Shown: positions 12,144 to 24,375, counted from the first letter of the stretch. The stretch is DNA of 64,000 nucleotides from Anolis carolinensis (GCF_035594765.1 NC_085841.1:62231636-62295635), one strand, 5' to 3'. Made by a program: numbers and translations. The notes: a model not told the origin generated them from the sequence alone.

Positions 12144-13898
12144 TTGGCCACAATTCTGTGCTAAACACAAGGTGAGCTACATCTATTCATCTTTGTCTTA
12201 TTATTCAAATATGTGAATAGATGTGTAAGTTTTATTTACTTACTTAAAATATGTTACTTTATTTTTAAAGGCAAACCTAACCCAATGCCTCTCATTCCTT
12301 TTTAACATCCAGCACAAATCTGCTGTGTTCTGCTCTTGCCAGAAATGGGGAACGTTTTTTAAGAAGTAAGCTCACAGAAATTTTCAGCCATCATGATTAG
12401 GGATATGGGGATGCAGATGAACAACTGATCTCATCTATTGAGAGAAGTCTAACATGCATATGTTTCCTTTTATTTATTCTCTTACATATTGTTGAGTTTA
12501 ACAAATTGTATGGTCAGGAACATTGCATTGTCCTAATCACGCCTCCATGCTGAATTGGTATGGGATAACCAAGAAAGTAAATGAATGCTTGATTTGCAAG
12601 TCCTCTTTTTCTTAATTTCAGGGCACCAACTGAGGGGGCTATGCCAAGTGCCTCCAGGAATCTGTCTCACCTCTACCTCTTGCAAGAAATATTCTAATGT
12701 GAGTGGTGAAAACATGGCCATTTCCCTGTTTGGTTCTGCATTTGCTACTGTGCTTCCAAATTTCAACAGTGTGGCATTGGCAACTTCTCCGCATGGCAAA
12801 TGGGGAGTGTGGACCTTGTTTGTAAACTGACACATGTTTCCTAAGGTTTCCTAGCGGATGTGTTCTGAGGGGATAGTGTCTCTCCCTGGTTGCCAAAGGT
12901 TTCCCTCATTGGTCTAGTGATGGATTCCAGCCAAACCGTTACTTTTTTCGTGTCAGGAGCAACTGGAAAAACTGCAGGTCGTTCTGGTGTGACAGCTACT
13001 CTTCTGGCTGTCCCATGCCTCACAATTAGACACAAATGTACCATTCTATTTTGCATGCCACAAAAATATCAAATAAAGTTACTTCTTACACCATATGCTC
13101 TACTGGAGCATCTACTCAAAGTATGCTACTCATTCATATATTACATCCTCCACAATAGGAAGAAACAGTGGCATTAAGGTATGAAACTAACAAAGCATTA
13201 AGTTTGTGGAAAACTCTTGCTATCATTCGGATGCAGTCTATAACTCTGCCAATCTCCAAATGACTCTGCAAACCACAGAGGAATTGTGGGTAATAGGCCT
13301 GTGTAATCAATGAAATATTAATACTCATTACAAAATGGAGGGATGCTGGTGAGTCGTTTCTAAAGTGTTTCTAAAATATCGTAATTGTCTATTTTGTTAC
13401 TATAACGAGAGTAACTAATTTTTGTTAGCATTTTGTTAAAGTAATTGTGAGGGTGGGGGGCTTCCGGGGCATCTTTTCTCATTCATTTTTAGAGCTATTG
13501 TGGCAACCAACACTCACAAAATAGGCTGGCAGTAGCCTGAGAAGATAGTGATACTCTCAAAATGAACCAGAAAAGGATTCTGCCTGCCTCAAACAGGGTT
13601 GTGGCAACTAACGCACACAAAATAGGCTGGCAATCCCTAGAAGTGCTGCAAAATGCTGCAAAAAATGAACGGCAAAAGGCGTGCACCCACTCCCAAAAAG
13701 AAGCAAGCAGTAAAGCCTCAGCTTCAAGCTGTCATCGACTCCTTCTCTCTTTCTGGTGTTAGTACCCTAGTGCTTGCCTTCCTGCCTGCAAAGCTAACTA
13801 ATTGAATCCGGTGTGAAGCTCCATCATTTCCCTTTCCATACCCAATTGCAAATGGAGGCGAGTTGCTTGGGAATTTAAACAGCAATGGCCATGGCTCC

Positions 13899-14588
13899 TG
13901 TGCCGTCGCGCCTGGGGCTGTACTCTTAGTGAAAGAGGCATGGATGTGACTTCTTTCCCCAGGGGATTGCTTCTTGCCCTCCTTTAGGGAAACTGGAACT
14001 CCCAAGGACCAAAACACTGTAGTTAACTCAAAAACTGGGTTTATTCTTCACAAAGGGGGTAAAAGAAAATATACATTACAGTCTTTGGTTGTTTAAGTCC
14101 ATGAAGCTTGTCCAGATCCCTCTTTCTCTGGCTGTGAATGCCGGAGCAAACTCAGCCTCAGTCCAATGACCTATATCTGAAGACAAGAGTCTTCCTCTGT
14201 TGCCAAAGGACTGATGTGAAGGCGCTTGAGACTCCTCAACGTTGTTCAGGTTGGCCCTGAACATGAAGTGTGAGTCCCAAGGGTAAGAACCTCAGAATTG
14301 GTGCTGAGAGGTAACTTTTGAAGGGCTTTCAGAGCCAAGCCTCTCTTTCACGTCCATCCAATAGAGTGGAATGAAAAGGAGGAAACACAGTCCTACTCCA
14401 GGAAGAGGTGGAGCCAAACAGTTTTGCTGAGTGAGCAATGTAACAGGTGCAAACAACATTGATTGACAGATATAAATAACCAATCCAACTACATTTACAG
14501 GGTAAGGGCAAAATCAGGCATGATACAACAATTCAAATCTTGAAACTTATAGTTCCAACACATAGATGGCGCCACTCGCGCCGTCACA
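13899..14588 (-). mobile_element. Solo LTR (690 bp; Gypsy/BEL/ERV class not resolved)
   Basis: TG...CA ends, imperfect terminal IR tgtgccgtcgcg / cgcgccgtcaca, 5-bp TSD gctcc (13894-13898, 14589-14593), AATAAA on the minus strand near 14040. Confidence 0.85.
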
Positions 14589-16399
14589 GCTCCACCTCTG
14601 CCTGCTCTCCCCCCTCCTTCAGCCCTGATTGGCTGAAAGGCAGAGCAAGAAGTTTGGCTTCACCTTCAGGTAATGCTTGGTTGCTCTGTGAATTAAAACT
14701 GCATCACAGAGAGTTACGACATTTACGTAATTTACAAAAAAATACCAGGTAAAAGTTTTTATTCTTAAATTTTTGGCGTAGGTGATGCCTGCATGTTGCA
14801 TCGTATGCATGGATCTAACTTATGATGGAGAATCAAAATTCTGCACAGCCCTAATGGGTAAGTCAAAGCCTTGTTTCAGATTGTTTGCCTCATCATCCAT
14901 TATAAGAAAGGTGAAGATGCCTTATACAAGGTAAGACTATTGCAATCTAAACACACCTGGGAGGCCATAGCTTTCTGCATCATCCCAAATGTTTTCAGGC
15001 TATTGGCGTTCCTATAATACAAAATCTCTTGCAGAACCCAACCTCCTTAGTTTCAGTATCCATGATTTTCTATGAGAAATATGCAAAGACACACATGCAA
15101 GTTTCTCAAACAGAAATACTATTGATAGGAGGGGGGCGGAATCCAACTCTGTTTTCTGTGGTCCTGAATTAATAAAACCAGTTTGGTAAGTAGCCCTTGT
15201 CCTTCTGAAAACCAATAATCCTACAAGGAATTTGACCAGGGAATGCTCCGGTTCCTCTGTTGTAGTTGGTGAGGTTATATTTGTGTCTGAGAAAAACCTA
15301 GTATTTCAGTGTTGCTACAGCCATGGGCCTTTCTCTATCTGAAATGTAATTGGCGCCCTTATGTGAAATGCCATGCTCCTGCATGTCATTTTCATAAAGA
15401 GAGCAGAGATGAAAATTTGCCATGGTAGCATAATGGAGTGGATCTATCATTTTAATTAGTAAATGCTTATCTTTCGCAAAGATACCCTTTTTCAGATTAA
15501 AGAGCACCTGGTTCAAGCTGCCATCATGGGAGACCTTCAGCTAACTCAGTGACATTTGTGCTGCATGGCTCCCCCAGCTCCAGATCTGTTGAAGATTTGA
15601 GCAGATGGTAAGTATCAAATGCTTTCTTAAGGTGTCATTTACTATTAATTAATTGAAGCTTTGTTGATGTGAGTCCTCATTTTCTTAGACCTTCACCAGG
15701 ATCAAAGGATATATGGATGTCGTAAAGAAACAGAAGCTTATTTACACAGCTTCTCTCTCTCCCCCCCCCCCCCCCAAAAATCCTTCCCATCTTCCTCTAT
15801 CCAGGGCATTATTCTCTTCTGATGGCCGGAACAACAGTAAAAAAGCTTGTGTCCCCTTCACAATTAATATACCCCACCTTAGTCAGCAACTTGGAGCTGT
15901 CTAGCAAGCTGTTTCACACAAAGAGCGTAATGTGAGCTGCAGCCTTCCCAACCATGAACGGAATCACTTAGCATGACACAATGTCATCCAATATTCATTC
16001 CAAACTGGATTGCAACTCATCTTTAATAATTTTTAAAGCCTTCCCCAGTTTGTGAGATTTTGAACTTGTAGATTGTGTAATTCTCTGATGGGATTAAAAA
16101 TATGGACATGGATAAATGGGCAATGCAAAGATTTTGAGAAGACAAGCTTCAGTAATTGGGGTAAGCTAAAAGGTTTTGCTAGTTTCATCAAGCACTTGGA
16201 GAACTGATTGGTGCAATGAGAAGAGTGGCTATTCTGGCATGCTCCAGCTGAAACCTGAGATGGGTTTGCAATGCCAGACCCATTTGTAGAGTCTTATGTG
16301 ATAATGTTCACAGATGCAGTTAGTGGTACATACAAAATACCCGTAAACAAGAACTGAGGAGTAAAGCAAGGGAAGTATGGAGAGGAGTTGCTGTGGGAG

Positions 16400-16596
16400 A
16401 AAATGGTTGCAGGACACACACCCCAACCCATGTGGATTCCAAAATTTGTCAATGCTCAAGTTCCATTATATACAATAGCACAGTAAAATAGGATCCCTTA
16501 TATAAAATAGTAAAATCAAAGTCTGCTGTTGGGTTTTTTTCAAAAATACTTTTAAGTTGTAGATGGTTGAATACATGGATACATGGTCAGCTGTAC
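16400..16596. mobile_element. Degenerate Tc1/mariner (Tigger-like) MITE fragment
   Basis: Similar to copies at 41316-41468 and 51845-51957/53515-53610 (atgctcaagttccattatatac..., ggttgaatacatggatac...ctgta). Confidence 0.55.
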
Positions 16597-19500
16597 TTCA
16601 TTACAGATATACAACTGATGTAGAATATTGGCGATATAATTATATCATGACATGAAATCCTTTCTCACATGGTGTAGCAATATCACTGCATTGTAAAACA
16701 TGTGTGAAATGAGGGATGGGCTGTTGTGGTATATCCACTCCAGCCTCTGTCATGCGCCACATTGCCACTATTTTGATGCCAGTGTGGTCCATAGGAGAGC
16801 TGGATCCTTCACAGCTACTCCCACCTAATTTCACTCATGATTTACAATAAGTGACAAGTCATTTCTGGTTGCCTTCCCTTTTCTCTCCCCAATAGATTAG
16901 GCCCTTTAGGGTGTCTTTAAGCTTAAAACAGTCAGAGGGGGGATAATTGGACCTCTGGAATCCTTGGCTTCAGGATTCTGGAATTTTATTTGTTAACTCA
17001 TGTGGTGATGCTTATTTGTCCTTTTGGAAAATATTAAACAATATTTCTGCTTGCTAGGCAGGGCTCAGAGAAAGGGTTAATGCACCACTCAGCCAGCACA
17101 CCGCGACATACCTACTAGGCAGCCAGGTAACCCCTCTTTTCCTCATTAACCATAAGCTTCTCTGTCATCTTTTCTTTAATGGATTTCACCAAGCTTTCGT
17201 TCTGCAGATGAGCTATATGCCTTTTCAGTGACAGGAACCAGTATTCGTCTAGGGAATGATACTTAAGCAGATTGTGGATTAATTTCCACTTTTGCAAAAG
17301 GATGCTTTGCAGACTGGACAGTTTATTTGCAGGAGAGATTTAAAACAATTTATTGGGTTTCCAGGGTTACTTTGTGACAGACTTCACAGAAGAGCATGCT
17401 TACTATGGGCTTGCTCTAGAAAATATAGACATGAAATATACAGAGGCAACTGCCTTGCTCTCCTGCATTTACTTTTTAAATTGATCAATGTCTTGGTTGT
17501 GGGCTTTTCCAGGGGCATGTGTTTGTCTGCTGAGGGAAACAAGATGCCTGTTTAGATAGGCTTTTATTCTGATTTTGGAGAACTTTTCTTACATTAAAGT
17601 TGCTCTCATTGACACAAATCCCTTCTCTGGAGAATTGCAATAAATGTTGTCTAATATAATTATACACAAATAGTAGGGATGTAAAACTTCAACTATTTCA
17701 TCTTCCTATTCAAGGAAGAATACTTATAGATGCTTTCTCAGAACTGCAGGATGTTTTTACACTATATTTTCCCCATTTTGAATGTTCCAAACTGTTGTGG
17801 AGGAATTATTTTGTACAGAAAATCATGTGAGGATTTTTCTTTTATCTTGTGCACAAAAAAGGAGAGTTTTTCCTTTTTTTTCCTGACCTGCTTCAGATGT
17901 GATTCTGGCCATGAAAACCTTCAACAACACAATGCTTTATGTGCTTGCTCTTAACCTACAGTATTTGTGTTTGCTCCTTCAACATATATTCTTCCTTCAA
18001 CATATATTCACAGCAATGGGAACTATATTTAGTATAGAAGTGCCTTATTGTTTCCCATAAACACTCCTGGCTCCTGTCTTTCTACCAGTCACCACTGAAG
18101 GTATCTGTTTCCATTTCTTCCACCTTCTCAAGCCTTGAGCTCTTCTTTTCATAAATCCATACCAGTGCAAATATTTTACTAATTTAACTCGACAAAATAA
18201 AACCTGCAAACCAACAAATAAGAAACCAAGCCCTGGGCCCTAAATCATAGGTGGCTGATGTGTGGCATGTGGTGGTGGGTATTTGCATGCAGGGTCTGGG
18301 GGTATACATGTCATGGCAATGATGTGCAAGGGAAAGCCTTGAACAAGTGGGCAGAGAGCAGTGGTGGGTGGCACTCAGTGGGCCACACCAACAGCTGTGC
18401 AAGCCTCATGTGGCCCATGGATCATATGTTGGGCAGGCATGATCTAGGATGACTGACAGCCTAAGTAATTTGCAAAACCCCAAAGCTTTGGCCTCACAAC
18501 AGCTTCTATTGGTATAACATTGGTTCAGCTAACCCTTGGCCATTTTAGCTGGTTATGACCATTCTCCAACCCACATCCAGGTTCCAGATCAGGGGCAAAT
18601 ATACAATGTTCAGTAAAAATTTTACTGACTGCTTAAATAAAGCGACAGGTAAAATGCTTTTAGGAAAACCAAATTCCTCGGGGCTACTGATTTCATTTGT
18701 ATGCCAAAATGGAATAACTTGTTATTGAGAAAGCAGATTGAGAAGGACAAGAGCGTCAGTGTGCGCATAGCATGAGAAAGTAAAATTGGCAGGAATGCAA
18801 CATTTAAATTATGTTTAAAGATAACATGACAAACAACAATCTGAGAAGTCTCTATGAAAAAAGAAAACAGACATATTTGACAACCTATTATTAGACTGAG
18901 AGTTAGACAGAGTGAGAGACATTCTTCTGCATTCTACATTCACAGCCAAACATTTCCTAAAGGAATAAAGGGACAGAAGGTGCAAAATGATATGAATCAT
19001 CTAATGTTCTACAACTATCAGCTCTCCTGAATGGCAAATATGACTCAAATGCTGTTGATGAAACAATAAATGTGTTGTACTATGTATATGACTGTCACGG
19101 GATTTGATACATTCATGTTATTATGCTGAGGGGCATAGTGAAGGAAATATACCGGATTTCTTGTGGTTCCAATCCTTCCTTCCTATTCCTGCAGTTTCTG
19201 GCATCCCCAGGGCTTCAAGTTATACATTTAGTTGAATGCATACTTCTTTCCTAGGGTGCAATCCAGCCAAATGTTCTGAAGGGCTGCACATTTCATTGGA
19301 TGAAATCTAAGCATGTTTTCATTGGCTCAAATAAAGCTTAAAAATTCTGCTCTTTGTTTTTGATCAAACCAGTCAGTTGGCTAATTCCTCCTTTAATTCA
19401 TAGAAGTGTTTTTATTGCCTTGTCCATTATTTGCAGTTGCTTGGGATATTGATTTGGAACATTTAGCGTGTGTAGTCTCTACTCCAGAGTGGCAGCGCAG

Positions 19501-19696
19501 CATTTGAAAATATTACTTTTTTGGCAACAGCTCCCTACATTTCCCAGACACCATAGTTTGTGGGATTCAGGAATTTGTGCCCCCCCCCCAATAATGCTTC
19601 TCTAACTGTGGTCAAGGTAGTAATAATATATTAAGATTTAAGGTGATTAAAAAGAAACGTGGCAGTGATTGTTTAAGCATAGTGCATACACATTGC

Positions 19697-19833
19697 CATT
19701 GTAGTTCTCAGCTTGTGGATCCCCAGATGTTTTGGCCTTCAACTCCCAGAAATCCTAACAGTTGGTAAACTGGCTAGGATTTCTGGGAGTTGTAGGCCAA
19801 AGCATCTGGGGACCCACAGGATGAGAACCACTG
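19697..19833. mobile_element. Palindromic hAT MITE (~135 bp)
   Basis: Near-complete foldback ccccagatgttttggcc...ggccaaagcatctgggg; ends gagaaccactg; same family as 57509-57643. Confidence 0.85.
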
Positions 19834-20251
19834 CATTATATAGTATAGTGTGGAGTATAAATTATTTGCCTTGTAAAGGAAATGAATGCAGTGAATGAGA
19901 AAGGAGAATGTCATGTTTAAAAGTGGCAACATCATGGAGATGAGTGGTGAGGAGTGAAAGTTATCCAGCTGGCTCTTTAACTGCTTGGAAAGCAACACAA
20001 CAGTTTTGTTTGGCAACAGAAATGTCTTTCTCTGCTGTTCCCTCACCTCCATCATACAATATTTCAGAGGTAGAGTTCAGCAATTCTGTTTATGGAGTAT
20101 GGAGAGCAATGGTTAAATAAACATATTGAAGACTTTGTAGTACAAATTCCATCTAAAATAGCAAATGTGTTGTCGAAGGCTTTCATGGCCGGGATCACAG
20201 GGTTGTTGTATGTCTTTCGGGCTGTGTGGCCATGTTCCAGAAGCATTCTCT

Positions 20252-20292
20252 CCTGACGTTTCGCCCACATCTATGGCAGGCATCCTCAGAGG
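20252..20292 (-). ncRNA. Minimal type I hammerhead ribozyme in the Penelope pLTR
   Basis: Mirror copy of 23817-23857. Confidence 0.85.
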
Positions 20293-20405
20293 TTGTGAGG
20301 TATGGATAAACTAAGTAAGGAAAGGAAAGAATATATATCTGTGTCCAAGGTGTGGCAAGAGTCCTTTGTCACTGGGAGCCAGCATTAATGTTTCGGTTAA
20401 TCACC

Positions 20406-22055
20406 CTAATTAGCATTGGAGATGTTTTGTCCCTTGCCTGGGGGCATCCTTTGTTCAGTCAAGCCTTCATTGTGTTGGTTCCCATCTACTGTTTTGATTT
20501 TGGAGTTTTGTAATACTGGTAGCCAGATTTTGTTCATTTTCATGGTTTCTTCCTTTCTGTTAAAGTTGTCCACATGCTTGTGGATTTCAATGGCTTCTCT
20601 GTGTAGTCTGACATGATAGTTGTTGGAATGGTCCAGCATTTTTGTGTTCTCAAATAGTATCCTGTGTCCAGGCTGGTTCATCAAATGCTCTGCTATGGCT
20701 GATTTCTCTGGTTGAATTAGTCTGCAGTGCCTTTCATGTTCTTTGACTCTTGTTTGGGCGCTGCGTTTGGTGGTCCCTATGTAGACTTGTCCACAGCTGC
20801 ATGGTATCCGGTAGACTCCTGCAGAAGAGAGAGGATCCCTCTTGTCCTTCGCTGACCGTAGCATTTGTTGGATTTTCTTCGTGGGTCTGTAGATAGTTTG
20901 TAGGTTGTGCTTCTTCATCAGCTTCCCTATGCGGTCAGTAGTTCCCTTGATGTATGGTAAGAACACCTTTCCTCTGGGTGGATCTTTGTCTTGACTCTCA
21001 TGGCTTGTTCTTGGCCTTGCAGCTCTTCTGATGTCTGTGGTGGAGTATCCATTGGCCTGTAGAGCCCAGTTTAGGTGGTTGAGTTCACCTTGGAGGAGGT
21101 GAGGTTCGCAGATTCTTTGTGCACGGTCTGTCAGGGCTTTGATTGTGCTCCTTTTTTGACTTGGGTGATGGTTGGAGTTTTTATGAAGGTATCTATCTGT
21201 GTGTGTAGGTTTTCTGTAAACTGTGTGGCCCAATTGTTGATTGGGTTTGCGGATGACCAGAACATCTAGAAATGGCAGTTTTCCTTCCTTTTCTTTTTCC
21301 ATGGTGAATTGGATGTTTGGGTGGATGCTGTTAAGATGGTCCAGGAACTTGCTGAGTTCTTCCTCTCCATGGCTCCAAATTGTGAAGGTGTCATCTACGT
21401 ATCTGAACCAAACAGTTGGCTTTTTTGGTGCTGTTTCTAGGGCCTGTTTTTCAAAGTATTCCATATAGAAATTTGCTACTACTGGGCTGAGAGGGCTCCC
21501 CATGGCCACTCCATCCTTCTGTTCATAGAATCCAGTGTCCCACTGAAAGTAGCTAGTGGTGAGGCAATGGTGAAACAGGGCTGTGATGTCTTCTGGGAAG
21601 TTTTGTTTGATTAGTGTGAGGGTGTCAGCTACTGGGACTTTGGTAAAAAGGGACACCACATCAAAGCTGATCAGGATGTCCTTGGTGCTTAGATTGAGGT
21701 TGCTGATCTTTTCTATAAAGTGTGTAGAGTCCTTGATATAATGTGCAGTGAGCCCAATGTGGGTTTGTAGCTGTGTAGCCAGAAATTTTGCCAGGTTGTA
21801 AGTCGGCGATCCAATGGCACTTACAATGGGTCTGAGTGGGATGGAGTCCTTGTGGATTTTGGGGAGTCCGTAAAGCCTGGGTGGGAGGGCTTCTGATTTG
21901 CACAGCTGTTGGCGTATGTCAAAGTTAATGGAGGAGTTCTTGATTAGAGTGTTCGTTTTTCTGGTGATTTTGTTAGTGGGGTCTTGTTTCAGTTTCTTGT
22001 AAATTGTGGGATCTAGAAGTTGTCTGATTTTTTCCTTGTATTGTTTTGTAATCAT
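20406..22055 (-). CDS. Penelope RT + GIY-YIG endonuclease ORF, N-terminally truncated (549 aa from the junction ATG)
   Basis: RT motifs LYGLPKIHK, LRPIV, SFDVVSLFT, GVAMGSPLSP, RYVDD, LPFLD; GIY-YIG GVYRIPCSCGQVYIG; no internal stops. Confidence 0.9.
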   Translation of the reverse strand: MITKQYKEKIRQLLDPTIYKKLKQDPTNKITRKTNTLIKNSSINFDIRQQLCKSEALPPRLYGLPKIHKDSIPLRPIVSAIGSPTYNLAKFLATQLQTHIGLTAHYIKDSTHFIEKISNLNLSTKDILISFDVVSLFTKVPVADTLTLIKQNFPEDITALFHHCLTTSYFQWDTGFYEQKDGVAMGSPLSPVVANFYMEYFEKQALETAPKKPTVWFRYVDDTFTIWSHGEEELSKFLDHLNSIHPNIQFTMEKEKEGKLPFLDVLVIRKPNQQLGHTVYRKPTHTDRYLHKNSNHHPSQKRSTIKALTDRAQRICEPHLLQGELNHLNWALQANGYSTTDIRRAARPRTSHESQDKDPPRGKVFLPYIKGTTDRIGKLMKKHNLQTIYRPTKKIQQMLRSAKDKRDPLSSAGVYRIPCSCGQVYIGTTKRSAQTRVKEHERHCRLIQPEKSAIAEHLMNQPGHRILFENTKMLDHSNNYHVRLHREAIEIHKHVDNFNRKEETMKMNKIWLPVLQNSKIKTVDGNQHNEGLTEQRMPPGKGQNISNAN

Positions 22056-23703
22056 GGAAACAAAACAATACAAGGAAAAAATCAGACAACTTCTAGATCC
22101 CACAATTTACAAGAAACTGAAACAAGACCCCACTAACAAAATCACCAGAAAAACGAACACTCTAATCAAGAACTCCTCCATTAACTTTGACATACGCCAA
22201 CAGCTGTGCAAATCAGAAGCCCTCCCACCCAGGCTTTACGGACTCCCCAAAATCCACAAGGACTCCATCCCACTCAGACCCATTGTAAGTGCCATTGGAT
22301 CGCCGACTTACAACCTGGCAAAATTTCTGGCTACACAGCTACAAACCCACATTGGGCTCACTGCACATTATATCAAGGACTCTACACACTTTATAGAAAA
22401 GATCAGCAACCTCAATCTAAGCACCAAGGACATCCTGATCAGCTTTGATGTGGTGTCCCTTTTTACCAAAGTCCCAGTAGCTGACACCCTCACACTAATC
22501 AAACAAAACTTCCCAGAAGACATCACAGCCCTGTTTCACCATTGCCTCACCACTAGCTACTTTCAGTGGGACACTGGATTCTATGAACAGAAGGATGGAG
22601 TGGCCATGGGGAGCCCTCTCAGCCCAGTAGTAGCAAATTTCTATATGGAATACTTTGAAAAACAGGCCCTAGAAACAGCACCAAAAAAGCCAACTGTTTG
22701 GTTCAGATACGTAGATGACACCTTCACAATTTGGAGCCATGGAGAGGAAGAACTCAGCAAGTTCCTGGACCATCTTAACAGCATCCACCCAAACATCCAA
22801 TTCACCATGGAAAAAGAAAAGGAAGGAAAACTGCCATTTCTAGATGTTCTGGTCATCCGCAAACCCAATCAACAATTGGGCCACACAGTTTACAGAAAAC
22901 CTACACACACAGATAGATACCTTCATAAAAACTCCAACCATCACCCAAGTCAAAAAAGGAGCACAATCAAAGCCCTGACAGACCGTGCACAAAGAATCTG
23001 CGAACCTCACCTCCTCCAAGGTGAACTCAACCACCTAAACTGGGCTCTACAGGCCAATGGATACTCCACCACAGACATCAGAAGAGCTGCAAGGCCAAGA
23101 ACAAGCCATGAGAGTCAAGACAAAGATCCACCCAGAGGAAAGGTGTTCTTACCATACATCAAGGGAACTACTGACCGCATAGGGAAGCTGATGAAGAAGC
23201 ACAACCTACAAACTATCTACAGACCCACGAAGAAAATCCAACAAATGCTACGGTCAGCGAAGGACAAGAGGGATCCTCTCTCTTCTGCAGGAGTCTACCG
23301 GATACCATGCAGCTGTGGACAAGTCTACATAGGGACCACCAAACGCAGCGCCCAAACAAGAGTCAAAGAACATGAAAGGCACTGCAGACTAATTCAACCA
23401 GAGAAATCAGCCATAGCAGAGCATTTGATGAACCAGCCTGGACACAGGATACTATTTGAGAACACAAAAATGCTGGACCATTCCAACAACTATCATGTCA
23501 GACTACACAGAGAAGCCATTGAAATCCACAAGCATGTGGACAACTTTAACAGAAAGGAAGAAACCATGAAAATGAACAAAATCTGGCTACCAGTATTACA
23601 AAACTCCAAAATCAAAACAGTAGATGGGAACCAACACAATGAAGGCTTGACTGAACAAAGGATGCCCCCAGGCAAGGGACAAAACATCTCCAATGCTAAT
23701 TAG
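22054..23703 (+). CDS. Penelope RT + GIY-YIG endonuclease ORF, N-terminally truncated (549 aa)
   Basis: Translation identical to the minus-strand arm after residue 2. Confidence 0.9.
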   Translation: METKQYKEKIRQLLDPTIYKKLKQDPTNKITRKTNTLIKNSSINFDIRQQLCKSEALPPRLYGLPKIHKDSIPLRPIVSAIGSPTYNLAKFLATQLQTHIGLTAHYIKDSTHFIEKISNLNLSTKDILISFDVVSLFTKVPVADTLTLIKQNFPEDITALFHHCLTTSYFQWDTGFYEQKDGVAMGSPLSPVVANFYMEYFEKQALETAPKKPTVWFRYVDDTFTIWSHGEEELSKFLDHLNSIHPNIQFTMEKEKEGKLPFLDVLVIRKPNQQLGHTVYRKPTHTDRYLHKNSNHHPSQKRSTIKALTDRAQRICEPHLLQGELNHLNWALQANGYSTTDIRRAARPRTSHESQDKDPPRGKVFLPYIKGTTDRIGKLMKKHNLQTIYRPTKKIQQMLRSAKDKRDPLSSAGVYRIPCSCGQVYIGTTKRSAQTRVKEHERHCRLIQPEKSAIAEHLMNQPGHRILFENTKMLDHSNNYHVRLHREAIEIHKHVDNFNRKEETMKMNKIWLPVLQNSKIKTVDGNQHNEGLTEQRMPPGKGQNISNAN

Positions 23704-23816
23704 GGTGATTAACCGAAACATTAATGCTGGCTCCCAGTGACAAAGGACTCTTGCCACACCTTGGACACAGATATATATTCTTTCCTTTCCTTACTTAGTT
23801 TATCCATACCTCACAA

Positions 23817-23857
23817 CCTCTGAGGATGCCTGCCATAGATGTGGGCGAAACGTCAGG
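23817..23857 (+). ncRNA. Minimal type I hammerhead ribozyme in the Penelope pLTR
   Basis: cct-CTGAGGA-t-gcctgc[catagat]gtgggc-GAAA-cg-TC-agg: core boxes, 3-bp stem I, stem II, palindromic ACGT stem III. Confidence 0.85.
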
Positions 23858-23974
23858 AGAGAATGCTTCTGGAACATGGCCACACAGCCCGAAAGACATA
23901 CAACAACCCTAAAATAGCAAAGCTCTCTGCTAAACCAACATCAATACAAACTAAACATTTCACTTTTAATAGAA

Positions 23975-24375
23975 TTATAGGATCATAGATTTGAAAGAGA
24001 CCGCAAGGGCCATCCAGTCCATGCCACTGTCATTAAGGAATACACAATGCAGGAACTTCTGATAATGGCAATCCCAGCCTCTGTTTAAACATGTCCAGGG
24101 AAGGAGACCCCACCACATTCTGAGACAGCATATTCCACTGCTGAACAACTCTTACCATCAGGAAGTTCTTTCAAATATTCAATTGGTATCTCTTTACTGC
24201 AGTTCGAATCTATTGCTCTGTGTCCTAGTCTTTAGAGCAACAGAAAACAAGTCTGCTCCATCTTCAATGTGCCATTTTTCAAATACTTAAACATGACTTA
24301 AACCTCGATACCTTCTCTTCTTCAGGTTAAACATATCCAGCTCCCTAGGCCACTCCTCATAGGACTTTTCTTCCA
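23975..24375 (-). mobile_element. Old CR1 3' fragment
   Basis: CR1 3' UTR (catagatttgaaagagacc...catccagtcc); remnant EKSYEEWPRELDMFNLKKRR. Confidence 0.85.

Larger units (their letters stand above)
20166..23910. mobile_element. Penelope-like element (Poseidon type): two 5'-truncated copies joined head-to-head
   Basis: Inverted arms 20199-22049 and 22060-23910, 10-bp spacer, 33-bp tail (20166-20198) on the left arm only; TSD (ct)aaaatagcaaa at 20153-20165 and 23909-23921. Confidence 0.97.

Noticed and set aside
22006-22103. N-terminal MGSRSCLIFSLYCFV extensions of the 565-aa ORFs
   Set aside because: Read from the opposite arm with non-ATG starts; a by-product of the palindrome
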